From the NCBI GenBank assembly GCA_027459705.1, contig DAIDHM010000065.1, positions 548 through 64,547 of the forward strand: 64,000 nucleotides of DNA, given 5' to 3'. Every line of letters starts with the position of its first letter. The stretch's first letter is position 1. Positions 30,095 to 38,343 of the stretch are shown piece by piece. The position numbers were made by a program, and so were the translations under genes. The notes below the pieces were generated by a model. The model searched no databases, was not told the DNA's origin, and saw nothing but the letters and a program-made list of their open reading frames with translations. This stretch comes from Ktedonobacteria bacterium (GTDB taxonomy: Bacteria > Chloroflexota > Ktedonobacteria > Ktedonobacterales > JACDGC01).

Positions 30095-31305
30095 TCAGGC
30101 CGCAATCCCAAACAGCGCTCGCTGGATTGCTGAAGGAACCCGATCTGACGATCGTGGTCCCAACCCGTAATGAGCGCGAAAACATCCAGAAGCTCATTCA
30201 TACCATCAGAAAAGCTTTGACCGGGCTTTCTATTGAGATCCTGATTATCGATGACAGCGACGATGAAACATTCGAAATCATCGAAGAAGAAATGCAGTCA
30301 ACCTTCACGACCGCGTGGCGCATGGGCGCGGTGCATCGCGCAACGCCACAGGAGCGCGAGGGTGGGTTAGCTACAGCGGTAGTGATGGGGTTGCGCCGGG
30401 CACAAGCGAAGTATGTCGCCGTCATCGATGCGGATCTGCAACATCCACCTGAGCAATTGCGAGACCTCTATGACGCGGCCATCGCGACACAAGCTGATAT
30501 TGTGGTGGCCACGCGCTATCGAGCGGGAGGTAGCTACGAAGGTTTAGACGGATTTTCTCGTCGCTTTATCTCGATCGGTCTGAAGACCTTTTCGCAGTTA
30601 GTTTTTCCGGATCAGATACGCCGCATCTCTGACCCATTGGGCGGGTTTTTCCTCGTCCGTCGCGCTATCCTAGAAGATATCGATCTGCGCCCGATTGGGT
30701 ATAAAATCTCTTTAGAAGTTATGGTCAGGAGCGCATGGGTTCGCCTCACTGAGGTTCCTTACCAGTTCCGGGCGCGCGAAGGTGGCCAGAGCAAATCGAA
30801 TACTCAACAGGGATTGATGGTCTTACGCCATATGTTGCGGCTCTTTCATGAGGTCCCTGGTGCTGGCTTCTTCTGGAAGTATGGCATTGCCGGTTGTTTT
30901 GGGTTGATTGCATACCTGATTGCGTCCCAATGTATCGCGCACCTGGGGCTAACCGATGTCCGGTTATACCTCATTGCGCTGATCCCATCAGTATTTGTCA
31001 CTACTATTATCTGCACCGTTTGGTTTAGTCGTCAATTGCGGTCTCTCCCATTCATGCAACAATTGTTCTTGCCTCTCTCCCAGGGGATTGGCCTGGTGAC
31101 TATTGGAACCATAGTGTTTCTACTCCTTACCCGGTTGCTCTCCTTCCAATTGTCCTTGACTGGTATGGTGAGCTTTCTCGGTGCTATGGTTATGTATTAT
31201 CTCCCTACTGGTTATCTTCATTTCAAAGCAATTCGCCAGCATACCGTCAAAGTGGTAGGGAGAGTCCGTTTCTCTCATCAGCCCTTGGTGACACAGAACG
31301 GGTAG
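30091..31305 (+). CDS. Polyprenyl-phosphate sugar synthase (Ppm1/DPM1/GtrB-like GT2) with C-terminal multi-TM (GtrA-like, tentative) region
   Basis: LTIVVPTRNERENI, IIDDSDDET, VIDADLQHPP (DxD). ATGA overlap with the preceding GT-C gene. About 4 C-terminal TMs. Confidence 0.82.
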   Translation: MIRPQSQTALAGLLKEPDLTIVVPTRNERENIQKLIHTIRKALTGLSIEILIIDDSDDETFEIIEEEMQSTFTTAWRMGAVHRATPQEREGGLATAVVMGLRRAQAKYVAVIDADLQHPPEQLRDLYDAAIATQADIVVATRYRAGGSYEGLDGFSRRFISIGLKTFSQLVFPDQIRRISDPLGGFFLVRRAILEDIDLRPIGYKISLEVMVRSAWVRLTEVPYQFRAREGGQSKSNTQQGLMVLRHMLRLFHEVPGAGFFWKYGIAGCFGLIAYLIASQCIAHLGLTDVRLYLIALIPSVFVTTIICTVWFSRQLRSLPFMQQLFLPLSQGIGLVTIGTIVFLLLTRLLSFQLSLTGMVSFLGAMVMYYLPTGYLHFKAIRQHTVKVVGRVRFSHQPLVTQNG

Positions 31306-31323
31306 AAAGGGAACGCGAGGACC

Positions 31324-33279
31324 ATGCGATCAAGGTTTTTGGCTTTATTACTGCTTGCCACTGGTCTTCTGGCTGGCTGTGGGTCGACCATTCCACCATA
31401 CCAACCGGCAGTACCACAGCCTGTCATTAAGGTGACGGGCAATCAACTGTTGGCAACCTCAACTGGTAATTTATTGACATTCGCAGGGGTGACCTACCCA
31501 GGCCTTTTGACCTGTGCTGATACCACCCAGGGCGTAAATCCTTTCCAACAGATGGCATCCTGGCGTATCAGTGCTATTCGGATCCCGGTGTCTGCGGATC
31601 TCTGGACTGGCACGAGCTGCCCGACCTATCATACGCGGGTGAGTGCCGTTCTGACGCAGGCCGAAGCTCTGGGGCTGCCCATCATTCTTACCGCGCAAAA
31701 TGGTGTCAAAGGTCAAGAGGACATGGCCACGCAGAGTGTCGCTACACTTTGGCAGCAACTGGCGCTTACGCTGCCCACTGACCCCACGGTCAATGTGGAG
31801 TGGATGCTCGAACCATTTGATGGTCCTAAAACGACCTCTGCCTCTATCTGGCTCAATGGTGGATCCATTAAATCGGCTACCGGGACGTATACTGCGATTG
31901 GCATGCAAGCACTTGTCGATCAACTGAATAAGAGCTTGCCCGGTATCCCGGTGATCGTCGATGGGTTCCGTGGCGGCATGGATCTCACGCCATTTTTGTC
32001 TGGTGCGAACGCAATCACAGGAAAAAATCTGATTGTAGGCACTCAGCTTACTAATGGTACGGCGACGCCGCTTGCTACCTGGAGCGCCACCGTCGCGAAA
32101 CTCACCCCAACCTATCCAGTTGTCGCTACGGCAATCGATGATCCATCTGGTTGTCAGGGTACATGGATCAACCAAGCCATCTCTGCCGCGCGCGCGACCT
32201 TGAATGGCTACATCGTTGCTGGTTGGACTGTCGCAGGCGCCAATTGTCAGCCTGGTGTTTTGTTGTCATCATGGACAGGAACTCCCAGCGCCTATGGCCA
32301 GGCTGTCCTGGATGATTTCACCGCGCCTTCCATCCGAATCAGCGGGAACCAGCTACTTGACATCAATGGACGCCCTATGCATCTCTATGGCGTGGGTCAT
32401 CCCGGTTTCGAGTATGGCTGCTACATCAACACGGATGAGTTTAGCAACAAAGTCTTTGCCGCCATGCACACCTGGAATATCAATGCGGTGCGTATCACCG
32501 TCTCATCGAAATATTGGCTCAGCACTGACGCGGGTTGCACGAGCTACCGTACAGACCTCGCTTCCGCTATTAAGACCGCTGAAGCTCAACATTTCTACGT
32601 CATCATTGACTTGCAGAGCGGTGTTAATCCGGATTACATTACTCCTGCACCAGATGCTGTAACGTTCTGGACGCAGTTTCTGCAGGTGTACAAGAACGAT
32701 CCCAATATCCTGGCGGAGCTATACGGTGAACCGCATGACATTTCGTTTGCGGTCTGGCGCAATGGAGGTCCGGTCACGACAAGCACCGGCTTGTCTTACC
32801 AAGCTGTTGGAATGCAGCAACTCGTTACGTTGGCGAATTCGATCGCTCCCAATACGCCTTTGCTCGTGAATGGGGTCGTCTGGGGTTTCGATCTGTCAGG
32901 CGTCGCGGCGGGCTATGCCATAAATGGCAAAAACATCATTTATGGCACTCACCCTTACGATTACTCGAACAAGACGATCGATACCTATGCCAGTTCGTTC
33001 GAATTCTTGAACAAAACCTATCCGCTCCTGGTTGAAGAATTCGGCGATACCCAAACGTGCAATGGTTCCTGGCTGCAGCAGTCGATGCCGAATCTGGCGG
33101 CAAATACAGACGGTATGCTGGCTTGGGCATGGATTACTACAGGGAGTGTCTGTGGTTTCCCTCTGCTTATCAAAGCATACGACGGTACGCCTTCCAGTTA
33201 TGGGAAACCGATTTTCGATTTCTTTCAGCAGGTCACGAAGCAGTACAATGTTCCACTGACCACTGGCGCAGCCGCCTAA
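31324..33279 (+). CDS. Lipoprotein with two tandem GH5-like (clan GH-A) domains
   Basis: Lipobox LLAGCGS. Two paralogous halves, IKVTGNQLL... (about aa 33-330) and IRISGNQLL... (about aa 336-640). The second half has AELYGEPHD and PLLVEEFGD at the expected acid/base and nucleophile positions. Confidence 0.7.
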   Translation: MRSRFLALLLLATGLLAGCGSTIPPYQPAVPQPVIKVTGNQLLATSTGNLLTFAGVTYPGLLTCADTTQGVNPFQQMASWRISAIRIPVSADLWTGTSCPTYHTRVSAVLTQAEALGLPIILTAQNGVKGQEDMATQSVATLWQQLALTLPTDPTVNVEWMLEPFDGPKTTSASIWLNGGSIKSATGTYTAIGMQALVDQLNKSLPGIPVIVDGFRGGMDLTPFLSGANAITGKNLIVGTQLTNGTATPLATWSATVAKLTPTYPVVATAIDDPSGCQGTWINQAISAARATLNGYIVAGWTVAGANCQPGVLLSSWTGTPSAYGQAVLDDFTAPSIRISGNQLLDINGRPMHLYGVGHPGFEYGCYINTDEFSNKVFAAMHTWNINAVRITVSSKYWLSTDAGCTSYRTDLASAIKTAEAQHFYVIIDLQSGVNPDYITPAPDAVTFWTQFLQVYKNDPNILAELYGEPHDISFAVWRNGGPVTTSTGLSYQAVGMQQLVTLANSIAPNTPLLVNGVVWGFDLSGVAAGYAINGKNIIYGTHPYDYSNKTIDTYASSFEFLNKTYPLLVEEFGDTQTCNGSWLQQSMPNLAANTDGMLAWAWITTGSVCGFPLLIKAYDGTPSSYGKPIFDFFQQVTKQYNVPLTTGAAA

Positions 33280-33296
33280 TCGTTCTGATCGTCGCG

Positions 33297-33347
33297 AAGC
33301 AACAACAGCGGCTTATCCATACCCTGGATAAGCCGCTGTTGTTGCTT
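33297..33347. terminator. Very strong bidirectional terminator hairpin
   Basis: Perfect 23-bp stem: AAGCAACAACAGCGGCTTATCCA (33297-33319) and TGGATAAGCCGCTGTTGTTGCTT (33325-33347), with loop TACCC. It is followed by TTCTTC on the + strand. It lies between the convergent 33279 and 33377 stops. Confidence 0.85.
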
Positions 33348-33376
33348 TCTTCACATTCCTGTCAGGGATCAAGGAC

Positions 33377-35047
33377 TCATGGAATATTCTGTAAATGCCG
33401 TGGTGGCAGGCTCTGTGACGTCTCTGCTCGAGTTGAAGATTCGCCAGGCACTATCCTGATATGATTGGCGATAGGTGGGGCCTGCCTCGTGCGCAATTGA
33501 CGACGCCTTCCCTCAATTGCCACCCCACCAAGCACCACAATGATACCAATGATCCATCGCCAGTACATCTCCCACCAGGAAGCATGGTGAGAGGAGGCAA
33601 GATCAATGATGCCAAAGCCTCCTATGCCACTCGCCGTGATTCCCTTGTCAATGGTTGGAGTCGGAGCGAGCTTGGGTCCCGTTGGCGAGCTGGAGGATGA
33701 CGTGCCATTTTGTGCGGGTGGTGTATAGCCTTTCGATGAAGGCGGCAACAAGGATCCACTTAATGGATACGTACCGTTGCGATAATACTGGCCGATGAAG
33801 AGTCGCAAATAGCCGCCATCATCATCCGGATACGTGCTGGTATGGGTATTACACATGTTGCATTCATAGGATTGGATCGGAGCGGGATTGGTAATCCCGT
33901 CGCCTTGCAGGTCATATGGGCTGCTTTGACCACTGGGTGCGGCGAACTGGACACTGATGATTCCAGCCGCGGCAAAATCGGGTATATGCCCTAATATATA
34001 TTCAGCCTTGTTATCTTGAGTATGCCCTGGACTGTTATTTTCCGTATCGAAGTACTGATTCCCGGCTGGTACCTGCCAAAGGATGACGCGACGGTTGGCT
34101 GTTTGCGACATGGCATGGATGAATTGGAGATAACGGGCAAAATTGGGATATGTTTGGTTGTAACGGTCCATCCAGATACCTGACTGTCCAGAATCATGAT
34201 CTGCGATATCGTTCGAAAGCAGATCAAAGGTCGAAATTCCAGATGGTGTGTTGGCTAACCCAAGTGTAAGCAGGAACTGGCCTTCTTTGTCACCGATGTC
34301 GGTCGCATTGAGTTGGCTATTATTGCTACTGGTGACATCACTTAGCGTTCCCCAACTCGACGCATGCAGGGCAAGTAACGCATGGGGTGCATACAGATCC
34401 CGTATATGCAACATAGCCCAGGCAAATCCCTGCGCCGTATTTGGCAAGCCTTGCAGATCGGAGTCGCCAGAACTGGCGACACTTGCCGCGATATCTGCCG
34501 CGTTGTTGCTACCGTTTTGGTTCGCGCGTTGTTCAATGTATCCCCAAATATCGGGCTCAATAATTATGGTGACTGATCCTCCGTCCTGACCAACTTTGCG
34601 CATTAACAATGTCCAATCCTGGTAATAGGCGTTCATAAAACTCGCGTTATTCAAGCGTATGAGTGCGGTATCACCGGATCCGTTTCCTGTCGGACCCTGG
34701 GCGGGTAACAACTGATAATAGACGAAGAGTGTTCGATAATTGTTGGCACGATCACCACGCATCGTATTGGGAGCATAATCTCCCGGTACTGGACTCCAGG
34801 TTGTCCAATTGTGTCCGGTATTGATTCCCCCTGTAATATATTGATAGCGATAATCCCAGGCGGTCCCATTATTTTGTCGCATTGCATTTAATGCCTGCGT
34901 ACCACCCGGTCCATTGTCTATGCCAAAGCTGAAATAATCGGGGACGATAGAGAGTCCAGGGGATTGATATCGTGTCGGAGCATTCATATGGAGAACTGGC
35001 CACACACTGAACAAGAACATAAACACAGACAACAATCGATTTGTCAT
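33377..35047 (-). CDS. Secreted, C-terminally membrane-anchored protein, possible glycoside hydrolase
   Basis: Signal peptide MTNRLLSVFMFLFSVWPVLHMNAP with a GGAGGAG RBS before ATG 35047. VTIIIEPDIWGY is reminiscent of GH6-type EPD motifs, but the match is weak. Ser/Pro linker and a C-terminal TM (WIIGIIVVLGGVAI). The family is not firmly recognised. Confidence 0.55.
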   Translation of the reverse strand: MTNRLLSVFMFLFSVWPVLHMNAPTRYQSPGLSIVPDYFSFGIDNGPGGTQALNAMRQNNGTAWDYRYQYITGGINTGHNWTTWSPVPGDYAPNTMRGDRANNYRTLFVYYQLLPAQGPTGNGSGDTALIRLNNASFMNAYYQDWTLLMRKVGQDGGSVTIIIEPDIWGYIEQRANQNGSNNAADIAASVASSGDSDLQGLPNTAQGFAWAMLHIRDLYAPHALLALHASSWGTLSDVTSSNNSQLNATDIGDKEGQFLLTLGLANTPSGISTFDLLSNDIADHDSGQSGIWMDRYNQTYPNFARYLQFIHAMSQTANRRVILWQVPAGNQYFDTENNSPGHTQDNKAEYILGHIPDFAAAGIISVQFAAPSGQSSPYDLQGDGITNPAPIQSYECNMCNTHTSTYPDDDGGYLRLFIGQYYRNGTYPLSGSLLPPSSKGYTPPAQNGTSSSSSPTGPKLAPTPTIDKGITASGIGGFGIIDLASSHHASWWEMYWRWIIGIIVVLGGVAIEGRRRQLRTRQAPPIANHIRIVPGESSTRAETSQSLPPRHLQNIP

Positions 35048-35155
35048 AGCAGAATCTCCTCCGTGGGTCACTATAACCGTACTGCAGGTAGGTGAACGAC
35101 GATGGAGGACGTGCTCTCTCCACCCTGTCCTACAAATGCCTACGGTGGCACCGCA

Positions 35156-37210
35156 TTATGGCGTTGTTTTGATCATAACGGCGGTTACGCTGAGTGGGTC
35201 GACCGTGACGGTCAATGTCCCATTTTGATATGCCTGCTGGGACTGGGTGGTCGGGAGCGAGTTATCACTTAACATGGCGATGGTTGCGGTGCCATTTCCC
35301 AAGCCGGCGACATTGATCGCAATTGGCCGACGATTTTGCATATCTTTGCTGATGATCATGATGGTAATGAGTGTTCCATCATTGGATTTTGACGCGAGAG
35401 TATCGACAGTTCCATCGGAACTTGTAGCGTTGATCAGGCGATCGCGCATGTAATTCCCGTACATGGCAAAGGTATAGTAGGGGCGGAACGGCGCATAATT
35501 GTTGGACGGGTCGAGGATGCCAAGCAGATTCTTGCCCGCTTGCGCTACCGTAAAGTAGGTAAAATGATCGGCGTGCGCCTTTGTTGCCCAGAGAATGGTA
35601 TCAGCGGCATAGACTGCGTCGTAGCTAGAATGCCACTCATAAGTGCTCCCACTGCTGAGATCTTTCCAGGCGATGTTGTATTCCGTAACGGCCAACGCGA
35701 GTTGTTTCCCTGAAGGCGTCACGAAACGCGAGGCGTTATTTACAATTTCGTCATAATAATCGGCTTTGATGCTATCTAAACGCGCTTGATCTGAACCACC
35801 ATAATCGCCATATGAATGAAAACTGAGTACATCGATGATGTTTCCGGTATTCTTTGCCATGTAGTCTAGCCACCCGCCCGGGCCTAAATCTGGCCAAGCG
35901 GACGCTGGCGCTACGATGCGGATTGATGGATCGATAGCTTTCATCGCGCCGCCAACGGTGACAATCATATTGACATATTGACCTTCGGTTAACGTTCCAT
36001 CTGGTTCAACGGTCGGTTCGTTCCAGAATTCCCAATATTTGATTTTTTGCCCTAAGACGAGGTTCACGTTGTAGCGCGTAATTACCATGCGCATAAACGT
36101 CGCATACGCCTGCCAATCATTCGCGGCTACCCCTCCCGGATAGTCTGTGAGCTGAAATTCGGGCTGAGCGCCAGCTTGAAAAACGTCTCTCAATGATTGA
36201 TCCATTAAAGAGAAATCACAATTCGTCGGCGATGAACACATGGGGTGGCCGAACACGACATTCGAATATTGGATAGGTCCAATGCGAATGAGCGGGATCC
36301 GTGCCGCTTTCAGTTCGTTGACGATGTTCGTGTTGCCAGCCCAACGTAAATTTCGATCCGGAGCATTGATACCCCAAATCATAGGATTGACCGGCCCTTG
36401 ATCGTTATTTGGGTCCACCGCGACGCTTACCGTTCCACCCTGCGGTGCATTAGACTGGGTCGGAAGTCCTTGAGGACCAGGAATCGGTAGGGTGGAGGTA
36501 CTGAGCGGTGGTGTGCCAAAATTTCCGCCATTGTTGCCGCCGCCGGTACCATTATTTCCCGCACCATTATTGCCGGTGGATGGGTTATTACCTGATGGGA
36601 CGATTCCTGCACTGCCCAGGTTAAACTGCCCCCGGTTGGCGGACCAGACGGGAAGCCCGGAGGCAAGCGCGGGATCGAACGATTTTGTGTTTAATATCAC
36701 GACGATTACGACAATGACTAAGGAAACCACTATCGAGACCTGTCGGGAAAGGGTCAGTGGACGCTTGACTATCGGGTAGACCCGCGACTGCTCCCATGGT
36801 CGAATGATGACGGGATGTGTGGCGTCAACGGCAGGGATTGCTGAGGTCCGTAATGTATCGAAATCGGATTGAGTCGGGATTTGCTCCCAAAGGTCAAGAA
36901 ATTCGTCATATTCTTGTTGTTCTTCGGACCCACCATATTCGATCTCACCGTGGTCGCGAGGGGCGGGAGGGCCACTGAGAGCTCCACGAAAACGATCGAA
37001 TCTTGAAGCTTTCCTTGTCGGTTCGTCCGGTTGATCGAAATGAGATCGGCGTTGTTCTGTCTCAGGGGGCTGATCGCGGCGAGATCGGCGTTGTTCTGTC
37101 TCAGGGGGCTGATCGCGACGGATATGTCGATGTTCTGTTGAGGCATTCTCGTCATGAAGCGGTCGAGAGTTTGGTTGTCTCCGTGGAAAAGGTGGCTCCT
37201 GGAACGTCAT
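35156..37210 (-). CDS. Membrane-anchored clan GH-A glycoside hydrolase (GH39/GH5-like) with repeat-containing cytoplasmic N-terminus
   Basis: N-terminal duplicated RRDQPPETEQRRS, a TM (VSIVVSLVIVVIVVILN), a Gly/Asn-rich linker, the acid/base motif IKYWEFWNEPT and the nucleophile motif LAVTEYN. Confidence 0.75.
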   Translation of the reverse strand: MTFQEPPFPRRQPNSRPLHDENASTEHRHIRRDQPPETEQRRSRRDQPPETEQRRSHFDQPDEPTRKASRFDRFRGALSGPPAPRDHGEIEYGGSEEQQEYDEFLDLWEQIPTQSDFDTLRTSAIPAVDATHPVIIRPWEQSRVYPIVKRPLTLSRQVSIVVSLVIVVIVVILNTKSFDPALASGLPVWSANRGQFNLGSAGIVPSGNNPSTGNNGAGNNGTGGGNNGGNFGTPPLSTSTLPIPGPQGLPTQSNAPQGGTVSVAVDPNNDQGPVNPMIWGINAPDRNLRWAGNTNIVNELKAARIPLIRIGPIQYSNVVFGHPMCSSPTNCDFSLMDQSLRDVFQAGAQPEFQLTDYPGGVAANDWQAYATFMRMVITRYNVNLVLGQKIKYWEFWNEPTVEPDGTLTEGQYVNMIVTVGGAMKAIDPSIRIVAPASAWPDLGPGGWLDYMAKNTGNIIDVLSFHSYGDYGGSDQARLDSIKADYYDEIVNNASRFVTPSGKQLALAVTEYNIAWKDLSSGSTYEWHSSYDAVYAADTILWATKAHADHFTYFTVAQAGKNLLGILDPSNNYAPFRPYYTFAMYGNYMRDRLINATSSDGTVDTLASKSNDGTLITIMIISKDMQNRRPIAINVAGLGNGTATIAMLSDNSLPTTQSQQAYQNGTLTVTVDPLSVTAVMIKTTP
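37042..37119 (-). repeat. Exact tandem duplication (39-nt period) inside the 5' end of the hydrolase gene
   Basis: GAGATCGGCGTTGTTCTGTCTCAGGGGGCTGATCGCG occurs at 37042-37078 and again at 37081-37117. It encodes RRDQPPETEQRRS twice on the minus strand. Confidence 0.9.
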
Positions 37211-37469
37211 GTATAACCTCTTTGCCTCTCAAAAACCGCTTCAATGGGATTATCGACTTAGCGCGCTCAAACCTGAGCAAAACCATTATACTGAAATACT
37301 CCACGTATGCAAGGTGACAAGCACATAAGCGCCATGAGGGGTGTGGCATAACTGCCGAATCAGCCTCGCCACATACTGTAAATTTGGCATATGCTTTGAG
37401 GTCCTGGCATATACTGTGGCTATCTCCGGCTCATTGTGGAGCTGTGAGACGACAGAGTAGGTCGCACCA

Positions 37470-37964
37470 ATGAAGGGAGCGGAGACTATGCTTGCCAATG
37501 ACATTATGACGCGCGAGGTGATCACCATCCTCGAAGATGCCAGCGTCGATGACGCGGTTCGCCGCCTTGCCGAGTACCAGATCAGCGGACTCCCGGTGGT
37601 CAATCGACGTGGGGTGCTCTGTGGCATCGTCACGGAAGCGGATGTCCTGGCGCGTTCTGGCGACTATGTGGGTGAGATCATGACGCGCCGAGTGATCACC
37701 GTCAGCCAGGAGACCGATGTCAATCTGATTGCACAGTTGTTGACGGGCAACCGCATTAAGCGCGTTCCGGTTGTCGCCAACGGTCTGGTCATTGGCGTCG
37801 TCAGTCGGGCTGATATTGTGCGCGCGATGGCTAGCCGGTGGGTCTGTGGAACATGTGGGGCAATCCACCTGGGGATGATGCCGCTGACTTGTGAGGTCTG
37901 CGGCGCACCAGGCCAGCACTTCAGCCGCGAATTTCCACGGCGTATGGAGATCACCTCGCGGTGA
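37470..37964 (+). CDS. CBS-pair domain protein with C-terminal Cys4 zinc-ribbon (rubredoxin-like)
   Basis: Two CBS motifs (DIMTREVITILEDASVDDAV..ISGLPVV and IMTRRVITVSQETDV..IKRVPVV), followed by CGTCGAIH...CEVCGAP. Confidence 0.85.
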   Translation: MKGAETMLANDIMTREVITILEDASVDDAVRRLAEYQISGLPVVNRRGVLCGIVTEADVLARSGDYVGEIMTRRVITVSQETDVNLIAQLLTGNRIKRVPVVANGLVIGVVSRADIVRAMASRWVCGTCGAIHLGMMPLTCEVCGAPGQHFSREFPRRMEITSR

Positions 37965-38029
37965 GTTAATCCTCTGCTGAGGTTTTTGGCGATCTGCGCG
38001 TCCCCCGGTCATCATTGCTTACGTGTGGT

Positions 38030-38062
38030 GCGCGCTTGTGGCACCCATCGCCACAAGCGCGC
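38030..38062. other. Perfect 13-bp stem-loop in the CBS-EEP intergenic region
   Basis: GCGCGCTTGTGGC (38030-38042), loop ACCCATC, GCCACAAGCGCGC (38050-38062). No U-tract. Possible terminator for the CBS gene or a regulatory hairpin. Confidence 0.5.
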
Positions 38063-38343
38063 ATCTCGAGCGCCAATTCGTTCTTGTTCGTGCCCAGGAG
38101 GATAGCACGTTGGGTACCCAGGTATGCACATATACTCTGATGTAGCGAGAAGCCCTGTTCTTTCGTCCTTGTATAGGAGAGAAGTACCGGTGTGGACTCG
38201 TCATATGAGCGGCGATGTACACTGGTTGCCTGGTTCACGATGAACTATCCGCCATGTTATGGTTGCGATCGGGATCACAGGCTTGGTGTATCGCGGTAAG
38301 ATTCGCCGTTGGGGGTAGAACTAAACAGCGCAAGGTTGAGGGA

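Noticed and set aside
33377-35047. Calling the 33377-35047 protein a GH6 cellulase on the basis of the IIIEPDIWG motif.
   Set aside because: It is only a partial match to the GH6 EPD signature, since the residues on both sides deviate. I could not identify the other GH6 catalytic motifs by eye. It is kept as a possible glycoside hydrolase only.
26425-37469. Integrase, transposase, tRNA or direct-repeat boundaries that would prove the AT-rich glycan region is a mobile genomic island.
   Set aside because: I could recognise none of these at either edge. The horizontal-transfer idea therefore rests only on composition and is reported as inference, not as a mobile-element call.
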